64,000 nucleotides of DNA from an uncultured bacterium (GTDB taxonomy: Bacteria > Desulfobacterota_D > UBA1144 > Nemesobacterales > UBA2774). Position numbers and translations under genes: made by a program. Positions 50,656 through 60,495 of this stretch are shown one piece after another. The stretch spans positions 1,536,001 through 1,600,000 of the forward strand of contig CAWGRW010000009.1 in the NCBI GenBank assembly GCA_963825135.1. The letters run 5' to 3'. Below the pieces are notes generated by a model that was not told the DNA's origin, did not search any database, and worked only from the letters and a program-made list of their open reading frames with translations. Numbering within the stretch: the stretch's first letter is position 1; each line of letters begins with the position of its first letter.

Positions 50656-50684
50656 TTTTTATCATAATTTGGCTTGAATGTCAA
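50656..50684 (-). promoter_or_regulatory. sigma70 promoter, probably leaderless, for mltD
   Basis: TTGACA-17bp-TAAAAA, then 7 nt to ATG 50648. Confidence 0.5.
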
Positions 50685-50831
50685 TGGATTGAGATACAAA
50701 TTTAAGTATTTTTATTAAAAAACCTAGTGACGCCCTGCATATACCGGGCTTCAAATTGTTTCTAAATTGTTCTGTCCGGGCATCCCTTTCAGGATCTCAG
50801 CTGTAAAGAATTTCTAAGATTGATTCGTTCC

Positions 50832-52091
50832 TCATACCGCCCCTGAAAAATATTTTTTAAAATCTCGCGGCTTCATGTTAGCGGTTTTGGCCAGAACTTT
50901 CAGCTTCTTTTCGTCGGAAAGGTCCTCTTCCCTGAGCTTGATCATATATTTTTGCGCGACTTCGTACGATTCGGTCTCTATATCGACGTACCTTATCCTG
51001 GGCCGATTTAAAACCGGGTCAATGATTTCATTGAAATTGACCGGCACCATCTTGCCCCTTTGCGTCGATATCAGCGCCCCCGAGCCTCCGTTGAGCAGGT
51101 ATTTCACGGCGCTGTAACCGAGGTTGCGCGTGTAATTTGCATCAAAAGGTATCGGCGGCGCCGACCTTAGCTCATACCCGACCGTCTTGTCTATTATCCT
51201 GGCGTCGATCCCCTTTTCGGCGAGCGACCTGATTGTTTCGTGTTTAATCAGTTCTCCGAGATCGACTTCGGAGAGCCTTATCCGCCCGAACTCGTCCATG
51301 CTCAGGTCATTCAGGTTCTTGAGTTCTTCCTCGTCGAGTTTCTCGGTGAGCCCTTCCGCGAGTATTGCTACTCCGTCCTCCCTTCCAGACGCCAGGCGTT
51401 TGATGATGGAGCCCTCGAGAATTGCGGTGATATTTCTGAGAGGTATTTTTCTCTCACCGAACTGCTCGGGAATTAAGGTCAGTGTCGCCCCGGCCGCTTT
51501 GCCTATTCCCAGGGCGAGGTGCCCGGTTTTTCTCCCCATGGTTACGACGAAATACCACCTGTTCGTCGTCTTCGCGTCTTCCATGAGGTAATGGACGAGC
51601 TTTGTCCCGATATGACGGGCGGTCTCGAAACCGAATGTCGGAATGTATCCGGGGAGCGGAATATTATTGTCGATCGTTTTCGGGACATGAGCCACCTTTA
51701 TCTTCCCCCTGGCGGCCTTCTCTACCTCGCTTGCAAGGAACATCGTCCCGTCCCCGCCGATGGTTATAAGGTAGCCGACGCCAAGCCCGGTCAGGCTGCC
51801 GATGGTGTTCTTCATCCTTTCCCTGCTCGACGTCGGGTTTGCCCTCGATATGCCGATTATCGAGCCGCCCGTGTTGTGTATGCGTGACGTATTCGGTATG
51901 GTCAGCTTCAGGATATGCGCAGTATCGCCCTCTGCCAGCCACCTGAACCCTTCCATTATGCCGAGGACATCGACGCCCCGGTTTATGGCCTCGATGGTCG
52001 ATGCGCTGATGACGCCGTTTATTCCCGGCGCCGGACCCCCTCCCACAAGTAAAGCGAGCTTCTTTCCCTTACGTTGTTTTGTTCCGGGCAT
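50832..52091 (-). CDS. 6-phosphofructokinase (PfkA family, resembling the PPi-PFK short clade)
   Basis: GGGPAPGIN, GGDG, PKTIDN, MGR, GYELR. Confidence 0.9.
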   Translation of the reverse strand: MPGTKQRKGKKLALLVGGGPAPGINGVISASTIEAINRGVDVLGIMEGFRWLAEGDTAHILKLTIPNTSRIHNTGGSIIGISRANPTSSRERMKNTIGSLTGLGVGYLITIGGDGTMFLASEVEKAARGKIKVAHVPKTIDNNIPLPGYIPTFGFETARHIGTKLVHYLMEDAKTTNRWYFVVTMGRKTGHLALGIGKAAGATLTLIPEQFGERKIPLRNITAILEGSIIKRLASGREDGVAILAEGLTEKLDEEELKNLNDLSMDEFGRIRLSEVDLGELIKHETIRSLAEKGIDARIIDKTVGYELRSAPPIPFDANYTRNLGYSAVKYLLNGGSGALISTQRGKMVPVNFNEIIDPVLNRPRIRYVDIETESYEVAQKYMIKLREEDLSDEKKLKVLAKTANMKPRDFKKYFSGAV

Positions 52092-52236
52092 ACCCGAACT
52101 CCTTTTCGATAATTTTATCTCGGAGAGTCATCATTGTGCCTAAGATTATACATAGGCCCAGGAATCTCACCACTTGTAATATGGCCCTGATTACATTAAG
52201 TTCTGGGCATGTTATTATAAAGCCGGTCGGAAATAT

Positions 52237-52734
52237 ATGTTTCAGAAACTAAGAACGGATCTTGTAAAGAAGCTCGCCGGGATAAGGCTCATACTGGTTA
52301 ATGCCGACGGCTTTATGCCGGATGAACCGTCAGGGCACTGGCCTGAGGGCTTAAACGGGGTTCAAATTAAAGAATTGATGAGTAAAGACGTGGAGTTCAT
52401 AGCGTTCTCGAAATCGAAATCTCAGTCTATTTCTTCCGTCGCCGAACAGTTGGGAATAGTTCTTCATCAGGGTATTTCGGAAAATTCCGAGTTTTACTCG
52501 GAAGTGAAGTTTGATTATACGGTTTCCGACGGGGAAGTGGCATTCATATGCAGGGATGTCGCGGATATCCCGGTTATGAAAAAAGTAAATTTCACCGCCG
52601 TAACTCCGGATGCCGCGCTCAAGGTAAAAGCCGAATCCTATTTTACGACATATTGCTCCGGAAGCGGAGCCGTAAGCGAGGTTGCGGCGTTGATTCTAAA
52701 GGCAAAAAAATACCCGGGCGGATGGTCCGAATAA
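52237..52734 (+). CDS. KdsC-like HAD-fold protein with degenerate catalytic motifs
   Basis: IRLIL.N.DG, LGI...QG, VAFI..D..D.PVM, DA, G.GAV.EV..LIL align by eye to KdsC. Confidence 0.7.
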   Translation: MFQKLRTDLVKKLAGIRLILVNADGFMPDEPSGHWPEGLNGVQIKELMSKDVEFIAFSKSKSQSISSVAEQLGIVLHQGISENSEFYSEVKFDYTVSDGEVAFICRDVADIPVMKKVNFTAVTPDAALKVKAESYFTTYCSGSGAVSEVAALILKAKKYPGGWSE

Positions 52735-52774
52735 TATTCCCCGGACACCGTTCTCTCTCCCTGTCCCCTCACTT

Positions 52775-53929
52775 ATGATACAATTTGGCTTAATGGGCGC
52801 ACGGGAGACGACCGATTCCATAAAATCGAAGGCTTACGAAATCGGGTTCGATCTCGTAGGGGTTTCACCCGCGGGCCGTTTCCCTGAAAATCAATTCTAT
52901 AAAGAGTGGCTCTCCCGCGGGTATGCCGGGGATATGAAATATATGGAGAGAGACCCGGAAAGGAGAGGAGACCCGCGGAATATTATTCCGGGCGCACAAT
53001 CGGTAATCACGTGCGGGCTCAACTACAACACAGGTTTTCCGTATTCGACCGGGGCGGAAGATAATGGCAATGGGTGGATAGCGCGTTACGCGTGGGGCGA
53101 TGACTATCATTCCGTCATGGACGATAAACTCGGGGCCCTCGAGGATTTTGTATCGGGAGTTTTGCCCACGGGAGCCCTCACTGTCCGTTATACCGATACG
53201 GGACCGGTTCTCGAAAGGGTCTATGGAAAGTATGGCGGTATCGGCTGGACGGGCAAAAACACCTGTATCATCAACCAGCGTATCGGATCCTGGATTTTTC
53301 TCGGCGAGATAATTACGGATGTCGAGCTCGAATACGACAGCCCGGCTCCCGACAGGTGCGGCAGCTGCACCAGGTGCATCGAGGCCTGCCCGACGAGCGC
53401 CATAAAGGAGCCTTATGTGCTCGATTCGAGGCTCTGTATCTCGTACCTGACGATAGAGTTAAAAGACGGGATCCCCATCGAGCTGAGAGACAAGATCGGC
53501 AATAATATCTTCGGCTGCGATATATGCCAGGACGTATGCCCGTGGAACAGGAGAGCGGAGAAGACCGCAGAGCCGCGTTTTCAGCCGAGGGACGGTCTAT
53601 TCAGCCCGGGGCTTCATACCTTTTCCGGGCTCGGTCCCGAGGAGTTCGCCGCACGATTCAAAGGCAGTCCCGTCAAACGGACTAAAAGGAAAGGGCTCCT
53701 CAGGAATGTCCTGACAACTATGGGGAATTCGGGGGATAATAGCCTCATACCGATAATCGAAGAATACCTTACCGACGCTGAGCCGCTTGTAAGAGCGCAC
53801 GCGGCATGGGCTCTGTGGAAGCTGAGGGGGAACGAATCGAGGGATGCCCTCCTGAATCGGTTAAATTGCGAAGACGACCCGATGGTTCTTGAGGAGATAG
53901 GAGCGATTCTCGAATGGATTCCGTCCTGA
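52775..53929 (+). CDS. queG: Epoxyqueuosine reductase
   Basis: RYAWG.DYH, DTGP.LER, CGSC..C...CP, CISY, GCD.CQ.VCPWN; C-terminal HEAT repeat. Confidence 0.95.
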   Translation: MIQFGLMGARETTDSIKSKAYEIGFDLVGVSPAGRFPENQFYKEWLSRGYAGDMKYMERDPERRGDPRNIIPGAQSVITCGLNYNTGFPYSTGAEDNGNGWIARYAWGDDYHSVMDDKLGALEDFVSGVLPTGALTVRYTDTGPVLERVYGKYGGIGWTGKNTCIINQRIGSWIFLGEIITDVELEYDSPAPDRCGSCTRCIEACPTSAIKEPYVLDSRLCISYLTIELKDGIPIELRDKIGNNIFGCDICQDVCPWNRRAEKTAEPRFQPRDGLFSPGLHTFSGLGPEEFAARFKGSPVKRTKRKGLLRNVLTTMGNSGDNSLIPIIEEYLTDAEPLVRAHAAWALWKLRGNESRDALLNRLNCEDDPMVLEEIGAILEWIPS

Positions 53930-54019
53930 TCGTACCGGCGCGTCGAATGAGGGTTCTTAATGGTTGTACTTAAGGCGCGAAAGGGAAGGACGTTCAAACA
54001 TACCACGGAACGGTGACTC

Positions 54020-54448
54020 ATGGATATCAAGCCCTCGGACGATGTGTTGAAGGCGAATTCGAGATTTTACAAGGCCCTTGGCGAGGGAAACCTGAATTCA
54101 ATGACGGAAATCTGGCTTAATGGGCCCAAGGCCAAGTGTGTTCATCCGGGCTGGCCGATGCTCTATGGCTGGGAGGCGATTAAAGAGAGCTGGAAGAACA
54201 TATTCGAAGCGGGCGGGCCCGCGCAGATCGATATTTCGGACGTAAGGATACAAGTCTCCGGAGAATTGGCGTGGGTTATCTGCATAGAGAGAGTAAGCCA
54301 GAGGGTAGGGGCGCAAACTCGGTTCGGATACGCACAGTCAACAAACGTTTTCGAGTATTCGGGCTCTTCATGGCGCCTGGTAATTCACCACGCGTCCCCG
54401 GTGCCCGTGCCCCGCGGGGACTCCGCATCGAATCAGAATTTACAATAG
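54020..54448 (+). CDS. SnoaL/NTF2-like protein
   Basis: AN..FY.A, CVHPGW, SW..IF, TNVF, HHAS. Confidence 0.88.
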   Translation: MDIKPSDDVLKANSRFYKALGEGNLNSMTEIWLNGPKAKCVHPGWPMLYGWEAIKESWKNIFEAGGPAQIDISDVRIQVSGELAWVICIERVSQRVGAQTRFGYAQSTNVFEYSGSSWRLVIHHASPVPVPRGDSASNQNLQ

Positions 54449-54463
54449 ACCTGGTGCCTGAAA

Positions 54464-57400
54464 CTAGTAGTTAAAGTTATAGAATACGTCGACCCCCGGA
54501 TTCTCCCCGCCGACATCGCCGTTTACCGATACGTTTTTAAAGATCGTATATTCGAGCAGGACTCTATTCTCCGTGATGGCGGTCGAATCGAGCAGAGACT
54601 GCGTGGTGTCCCTTTCGTAGGCGATGTAAAGGTCCTGAGTAAGGTATTTCCCCACCTCCACCTGCGGCCCGTTGGTGCCGCCTCCGACGCTGATGACGTC
54701 GAGCGACAGCTTGCTTCCGAGAAGCTTCTCAAGCTGTGCGGCCGCGATTCCCCCGGCCACCCCGGCGGCCGCGCCCTGAATCGAGGCCCTTTCACCCGAG
54801 CTGATATTGTCCGATGGGGCACCGAACACGATATATGAGACGATATCGGTGTCCGACATCGGAGGGTCGCTCGATAGCGTCAATACGGGTTTTTCCGCTG
54901 TACCGCTGATATTTACATAAATCTGTGCGCTCGAGACGCGGTAAAGCGCTGTTACGTCCAGGAACGGATTGATCTTCTCGGTCCCGGAGAAGCTCACGCT
55001 CCCTTCCTGAATCCTGAAAAGCTTGCCCAGCGTTTCGTAAGTACCCCTGACGGTGTTGATAGTGCCGGCGATTTTAACGCCCTGACCGAACGCCTTATCT
55101 ATGTCGAGGTCCCCCTTGATCTCGATGTTGGCGCCCTTTCCCTTCACCCAGTTGTTTTTTCTCATCCTTATTCCAAGATTCAGCGCGACGTCATCTTTAA
55201 AGTAATCCGTCTGCGCGCCTTTACCGACGACGAATTCGTCCTGGTCCTCGTCGACGAACTTAATCTCTTCAATCTCTTTTTCCTGTTGCTCCGGGATCGT
55301 GATCCTGGCTTTTTCCACGGTTACCTTTCCTGAGACCTCTATCTTGCTCCCCTCGCCCTTTAGGCCCAGGTTCCCGGTAATGTTGGCGGTGATCCTTTTC
55401 GGCTTCAGAAGGAAGTTCCGCATGTCCCCTTTCAGATCGTATGTCAGTGTCGGCACGTCGAGCTGTCCTTCGAACGTCCCTTTGCCCTTTCCGGAAACGA
55501 TCTCTGTCTGCCTGAGAAAACCTTTCTGGCCATCTAGCTCAATCAGCGCGTTTGCGATGCTGAACTCGTTCCTGAGCGACTTGATCTTAAACGTCGCGTC
55601 CCTGAGCGTGATTTGTCCGTTGGCCGACGGGTTATCCACCGTGCCCGAGGCTTTTAAGTCGATTACAAGCAGTCCCGAAGATTTATCGATCTCGGAGCTC
55701 AAGCTCGTTAGCGGGCTCAGGTCGACCCCGCTCGAGTTAACCGTTAAATTGAACCTCGCTTTATTGATGCTCTGCCCGATAGTTTTAAGACCGAGGTCCG
55801 CCTCTGCGTTCCCGTTCGCCTGCAATATCACGGCCGAGCCGCTCGTTACGAGCAATTTCATATTCAGATTCCGGTCCAGGTAGCCGAGGTCGAGGGATAT
55901 ATCGTCCTTGAAATCCTTAAAAGCGAAGTCACTGGTATTTAATTTCACGCTAAACTGCGGGGCATTCATGGTCCCGAGCAGGCTCGCGTTTGCCGATAAC
56001 GTGCCTGATACCTCGGCCTTGGGGTTTATAATTTTGACGATGTCGTTCAGGTCGAGGTTGCTGATTTTGAGCTCGCCCTCGACGCTGCCGTCGTAATAAA
56101 TCCTGGCGTCGGCCAGCGCGGAGGAATCTTTGTAATAGAGGTTAAACGAATCCACGATGAGCTTTTTCGGTGAAACTGTCAGAAGAATCTTTTCCCTGTT
56201 CTCGAGCTCCGTGTCTTCGAGCCCCAGTTTTATCTTTGCTATCTCTATGTGCTTTTCGCTCGCCCCGAGGTCCCGGAGCGTCGTTACGATTTCATACCTG
56301 GACTGATCGTTTTCGTTCACGACCGCGTTCAGGTTAATTCCCCCTCCCTCGCTCCTGGCGTCAACCTCAATGCTCTCAATCTCTCTGTCCCTGATTTTAG
56401 CGTTCTCGGTTCTGATCTCCGCCCTGATGTCGGGATTTTCGAGGTCTATTGAGCCGTCTCCCTTTACTTTTATTGATTCGGCCGCGAACACGTCGTTTAT
56501 TTCTACATTCCCCGCTTCGGCGTCGATACTGATGTTCGGGTTCCCGATGTCCCCTTCCACCCTCCCCGCAGCCTTGAGAGTTCCGGCAAAATGAGTTCCC
56601 GGGGCAAATCTGGAGAAGAGTCCTAGATCCCCGACCTCGAGGTTATAACCCAGGCTCACTCCCTTCCTGCTTGCGTTCCCGTCCTTCACGCTGAAATTGA
56701 AGGAATCTCCGTCGAGGGACAACGCCCTTACGGCAAGCCTCTCTTTGTCATACGTCGCGTCGATATTCCCCTTCTTTAAATTTACGTTGAAGATGCTGGA
56801 TGGCCCGATATTTCCTCTGACGGCAGCGTTCATTTTCTGAAGCACGTCCCCTTCGATGGGAATAAGCCCTTTAATAGCAAGGTCGGAGGTTAGCTTGCTG
56901 CGGAGATTCTTTTTACTCAGAATCGTCCCGAGATCGACGTTCTTGAGAGCGGTTTTGACGTCCACGCTCACTCCCGAGGGAGAGTAACCCGCGGTCCCGG
57001 TCAGCTTCAGATCCCCCGCCTGCTTCCCTTGTATGTCGAGGCGCTCGATCTTTGCATTGACGGTCATATCCCGGAATTCGGTCCAGCCCCCTTCCGCGCG
57101 GAGGTCGGCGTTGAGTATCGCGCCCAGCTTCGTGTTGACGGCCTCGGTCTTCTTTTCGGTTTTCTCTTCGATTAGGGAAAATATCTCGGTCGTCTTCACA
57201 TCTTTGAGAGAGACCTTTACGTCGAAGCTGTTTTTCCCCTTCCCGCTAATTAATCGGGCGAGGTCTCCCTTCCCGCTTACGAGGAGTTCGCCAAGATCCG
57301 ATTTAATATTCCCCTCGCCTAAGTCCACTCCTGTTCCCGAGACGGAGATCTTATCGAGCGACCCGGAGAGTTTCTTCCCGAAGACCTCCGATTCGGGGAT

Positions 57401-58294
57401 TGTTATGCTTATCCGGGCGTCGATATTTCTCGGGTCTTTGAACACACCCTCACCCCTGGATTCCAGGTTGAATGTCCCGACGTCCTCGAGCTTGTAGTTT
57501 TGGGCCGACACGGAATATGAGAATTCAGGGTTTCCTTTCAGATTCCCGGCCTCGGCGTCGAGCTTGATCCCGGCCCCGTTCAGCATGACTTCGAGGTCCG
57601 TTATCGTAGCCTTATTCTCCGAGTATTGCGCTTTGGCTCTCAGGTTTTCGATGTGTACTCCCTGTGAGGGAGCATCGAGGTCGGCGTTTTTGATGTCGAC
57701 GTGTATTTCCTCGGTGATATTGATGAGCTTTGCCGAGAGCTCCGTATCGTCGATGCCGTAATGCGAGACCTTTTTACCCACCCGGTCGTCGACGGCAAGC
57801 TCCCCGTCCTCGAGCTTGAGATCGGAAACTATGACGCTCCACTCGGGCGGCCCCTTTTTCTCTTTATCCTTCTCCTTTTCTTTCTTGCTGCCGCTCCCTA
57901 TCTTGCCGAAGTTCCAGGTGCCGTCCCCGTATTTGATGAGCCTTACCCGCGCTCCGTTTACGGCTAGCCCGTCAATGGGGACAACCTTGTTAAAGAGAAA
58001 GGCCGTGTTGAGCATTTGAGGGATGGAGTACGTGACGGAGAGTTCTTTTAGGGAGACGAAGCTTTCGCCCTCGACTTCGAACGTAACGTCTTTCAGCTTT
58101 ATGTTGTAAAAGAAGTTGCCCTCTACCCGGCCTATCTTGAAGGACTGGCCGGTCAATGAGCTGACGACACGCTCGGCGGTGTTTTTTACCAGGTTCCTGA
58201 AGTATCCTGTCTGTGTGAACAGGTAGGCGGATACCGTGATGAGAACGAACAGGCCTAATATTATCCCAGCACTGATTACAATCTTATGACGCAT
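54464..58294 (-). CDS. tamB: Translocation and assembly module TamB-like protein
   Basis: N-terminal TM anchor, long beta-rich body, C-terminal DUF490-like NP.LD, LSSDP, VGKYL. Confidence 0.85.
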   Translation of the reverse strand: MRHKIVISAGIILGLFVLITVSAYLFTQTGYFRNLVKNTAERVVSSLTGQSFKIGRVEGNFFYNIKLKDVTFEVEGESFVSLKELSVTYSIPQMLNTAFLFNKVVPIDGLAVNGARVRLIKYGDGTWNFGKIGSGSKKEKEKDKEKKGPPEWSVIVSDLKLEDGELAVDDRVGKKVSHYGIDDTELSAKLINITEEIHVDIKNADLDAPSQGVHIENLRAKAQYSENKATITDLEVMLNGAGIKLDAEAGNLKGNPEFSYSVSAQNYKLEDVGTFNLESRGEGVFKDPRNIDARISITIPESEVFGKKLSGSLDKISVSGTGVDLGEGNIKSDLGELLVSGKGDLARLISGKGKNSFDVKVSLKDVKTTEIFSLIEEKTEKKTEAVNTKLGAILNADLRAEGGWTEFRDMTVNAKIERLDIQGKQAGDLKLTGTAGYSPSGVSVDVKTALKNVDLGTILSKKNLRSKLTSDLAIKGLIPIEGDVLQKMNAAVRGNIGPSSIFNVNLKKGNIDATYDKERLAVRALSLDGDSFNFSVKDGNASRKGVSLGYNLEVGDLGLFSRFAPGTHFAGTLKAAGRVEGDIGNPNISIDAEAGNVEINDVFAAESIKVKGDGSIDLENPDIRAEIRTENAKIRDREIESIEVDARSEGGGINLNAVVNENDQSRYEIVTTLRDLGASEKHIEIAKIKLGLEDTELENREKILLTVSPKKLIVDSFNLYYKDSSALADARIYYDGSVEGELKISNLDLNDIVKIINPKAEVSGTLSANASLLGTMNAPQFSVKLNTSDFAFKDFKDDISLDLGYLDRNLNMKLLVTSGSAVILQANGNAEADLGLKTIGQSINKARFNLTVNSSGVDLSPLTSLSSEIDKSSGLLVIDLKASGTVDNPSANGQITLRDATFKIKSLRNEFSIANALIELDGQKGFLRQTEIVSGKGKGTFEGQLDVPTLTYDLKGDMRNFLLKPKRITANITGNLGLKGEGSKIEVSGKVTVEKARITIPEQQEKEIEEIKFVDEDQDEFVVGKGAQTDYFKDDVALNLGIRMRKNNWVKGKGANIEIKGDLDIDKAFGQGVKIAGTINTVRGTYETLGKLFRIQEGSVSFSGTEKINPFLDVTALYRVSSAQIYVNISGTAEKPVLTLSSDPPMSDTDIVSYIVFGAPSDNISSGERASIQGAAAGVAGGIAAAQLEKLLGSKLSLDVISVGGGTNGPQVEVGKYLTQDLYIAYERDTTQSLLDSTAITENRVLLEYTIFKNVSVNGDVGGENPGVDVFYNFNY

Positions 58295-58448
58295 GTCGTG
58301 GTTCTCTCGGGCTGCGAGACTTTACCGGAACGGCGAGTTCTTCTTATGGTATATGCCATTTAAAATTTTTGCTAATCGTTATTTCAATCAATTATACACT
58401 AACGTGCTTTTAAAATGAACCCGGAAAAACCGCTGATACAGTGACGGG

Positions 58449-59318
58449 TTACTTCCTGGAGACCATAAAAATTCCGACGAGGATAAACGCCCCCCCTGTG
58501 ACCGTCCCCCAATCCAGCCTGTTCCCCAGAAGAAGCCAGTCGAAGAGGAGGCCGAATACCGGGACGAGCATTGAGGAAAAGGTCGTGATGTTGATGTCGA
58601 GCTTCTTAATCAAGTAGAACCAGATCGTAAAGTCCACGGCCGAGGCGATAAGCCCTGTAAAAAGCAATATATATACGGAATGGGGCGTCCATTGGACTGT
58701 CAGTATGCCCTGTGTGGGCAGTGTGATTACGAGAAGCCCGATCGTGCCGAACGTCAGCTGAAGCGCGCTTACTCTGAAAATATCCTCTCCCGCCATCCTC
58801 TTCTTTACCCATACGTTCGATATCGCCCACGATATCGCCGCGATAATGATGAGCATCTCTCCGATGAATACGTCGAGGTTCTGTTTCGCGATTATATCCC
58901 AGCCGAGTATGGACAGTATCCCTGCCGAGCCGAGCAGGACGCCCGTCCACTGGCGCGTATTAATCTTTTCTTTGAGGTAGAAGTGGACGAGGAGAATTGT
59001 CCAGACCGGCATGGTGTAGAGAAGCACGGAAGTCTTTCCGGCCGTGATCCGCTTCATGCCGAAGAGCATGCAGCTGAAGAGGAACGTAGTCTGGAATAAC
59101 CCGACAGCGATAAAATCGGGCCATCTCCTGACAGAGGGCCATTTCATCGATTTCGATCTCAGGTAGAGGGACAGGGCTACGGCCGCGATTCCGCACCTCC
59201 ATGTCGCCAGCGTAAAGGGTCCCATATACCCTAGACCCATTTTCATCAGCACCCATGAGTACCCCCATGTCAGTATTACAAAGACCAGGAGAAGGATATT
59301 TAATAAGGAGCGGTTCAT
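58449..59318 (-). CDS. DMT/EamA transporter
   Basis: WG...K, about 10 TM segments, two EamA repeats. Confidence 0.92.
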   Translation of the reverse strand: MNRSLLNILLLVFVILTWGYSWVLMKMGLGYMGPFTLATWRCGIAAVALSLYLRSKSMKWPSVRRWPDFIAVGLFQTTFLFSCMLFGMKRITAGKTSVLLYTMPVWTILLVHFYLKEKINTRQWTGVLLGSAGILSILGWDIIAKQNLDVFIGEMLIIIAAISWAISNVWVKKRMAGEDIFRVSALQLTFGTIGLLVITLPTQGILTVQWTPHSVYILLFTGLIASAVDFTIWFYLIKKLDINITTFSSMLVPVFGLLFDWLLLGNRLDWGTVTGGAFILVGIFMVSRK

Positions 59319-59424
59319 TCTCTATTTACTCGATCCGGAAATCAAAAGTCATGGGGTCCAAAGGAGCCCGTCATTCATGTCCGGATACGGCGACACACAC
59401 TTTATCCTAGACGGTTTTATCGCC

Positions 59425-59452
59425 TTGACAAGGAATGGTCAATATTTATAAT
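59425..59452 (+). promoter_or_regulatory. Consensus sigma70 promoter with an overlapping dyad, upstream of etfBA
   Basis: TTGACA-16bp-TATAAT; TTGAC-N8-GTCAA inverted repeat at 59425-59442. Confidence 0.65.
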
Positions 59453-59654
59453 TACACAGCTTTTGGCTGCCGGATAGAATAATTCTTTATTCCGTTAAAT
59501 TCATTAGTTATTTTACGTATCCGGCCCGAATTGAAAAGAGCTTCGGGGGTGCTAAACTAAGATGTTTTCATAAAGCCTGAATGGTCGTCTTTCCGGTCGA
59601 TAATTCAGCAGCGTCGGGTTAGAAAATCTATAATAAGTCGGAGGTGGGTTAAAG

Positions 59655-60461
59655 GTGAAGATTCTCGTAATAGTAAGCCAGACACAGGATACGGAGGCGA
59701 AGATAAAGGTCTCCGCGAGCGGTAACTCCATCGATACCGAAGGCATGAAGTGGATAATGAACCCTTACGACGAGTTCGCCGTGGAAGAAGCGATCCAGAC
59801 CAAGGAGAAGCACGGGGGCGAAGTCGTGGTGATCTCCATGGGCCCGTCGAGAGTAATCGAAACCATCAGGCAGGCGCTCGCTATGGGTGGGGACAGCGCC
59901 CTCCATATTTTAGACGATGGGTCCCCGGACGTGGATTCGTACGCTACGGGGAAGATTATCGCGGGCGAGATAAAGAAGCTCGGCGACTTCGATATAGCTT
60001 TTACCGGCATGAAGATAATAGACGAGGAGTCGGGTCAGGTCGGGGTCCAGATAGCGGAAGAGCTCGGGATACCCCACGTCTCCCTCGTAAGCAAGGTGAT
60101 AGAAATAAATCCGGCGGCTAAGAAGGCCGTTTGCCAGAAGGAAATAGACGGCGGGCACATGGTAGTCGAAGTCCCGCTCCCGTGTCTTATCACCTGCCCC
60201 GACGCCATGAACGAGCCCAGGTACGCCTCGCTTCCGGGTATCATGAAGGCCAAGAAGAAGCCCCTCACCGAGGCGAAGGTCGCGGACATCAACCTCGAAG
60301 GCCTTACGCGCGTCAGGACTGTCGAGATCAAAGTCCCCCAGATCGAAAGGAAGCTCAGGATAATAAAGGGGCAGGACGAGCCTATGGTCAAAGGGGCTCA
60401 GGTAGAACAAGCGGCCGAAGAGCTCGTAAAGCTCCTCAGGGAAGAGGCCAAGGTCATATAG
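59655..60461 (+). CDS. etfB: Electron transfer flavoprotein beta subunit
   Basis: NPYDEFAVEEA, ALAMG, NEPRY.SLPGIMKAKKK. Confidence 0.95.
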   Translation: MKILVIVSQTQDTEAKIKVSASGNSIDTEGMKWIMNPYDEFAVEEAIQTKEKHGGEVVVISMGPSRVIETIRQALAMGGDSALHILDDGSPDVDSYATGKIIAGEIKKLGDFDIAFTGMKIIDEESGQVGVQIAEELGIPHVSLVSKVIEINPAAKKAVCQKEIDGGHMVVEVPLPCLITCPDAMNEPRYASLPGIMKAKKKPLTEAKVADINLEGLTRVRTVEIKVPQIERKLRIIKGQDEPMVKGAQVEQAAEELVKLLREEAKVI

Positions 60462-60495
60462 CACCCAAGTTCAAAGATATTTCAGGAGGAATAAT

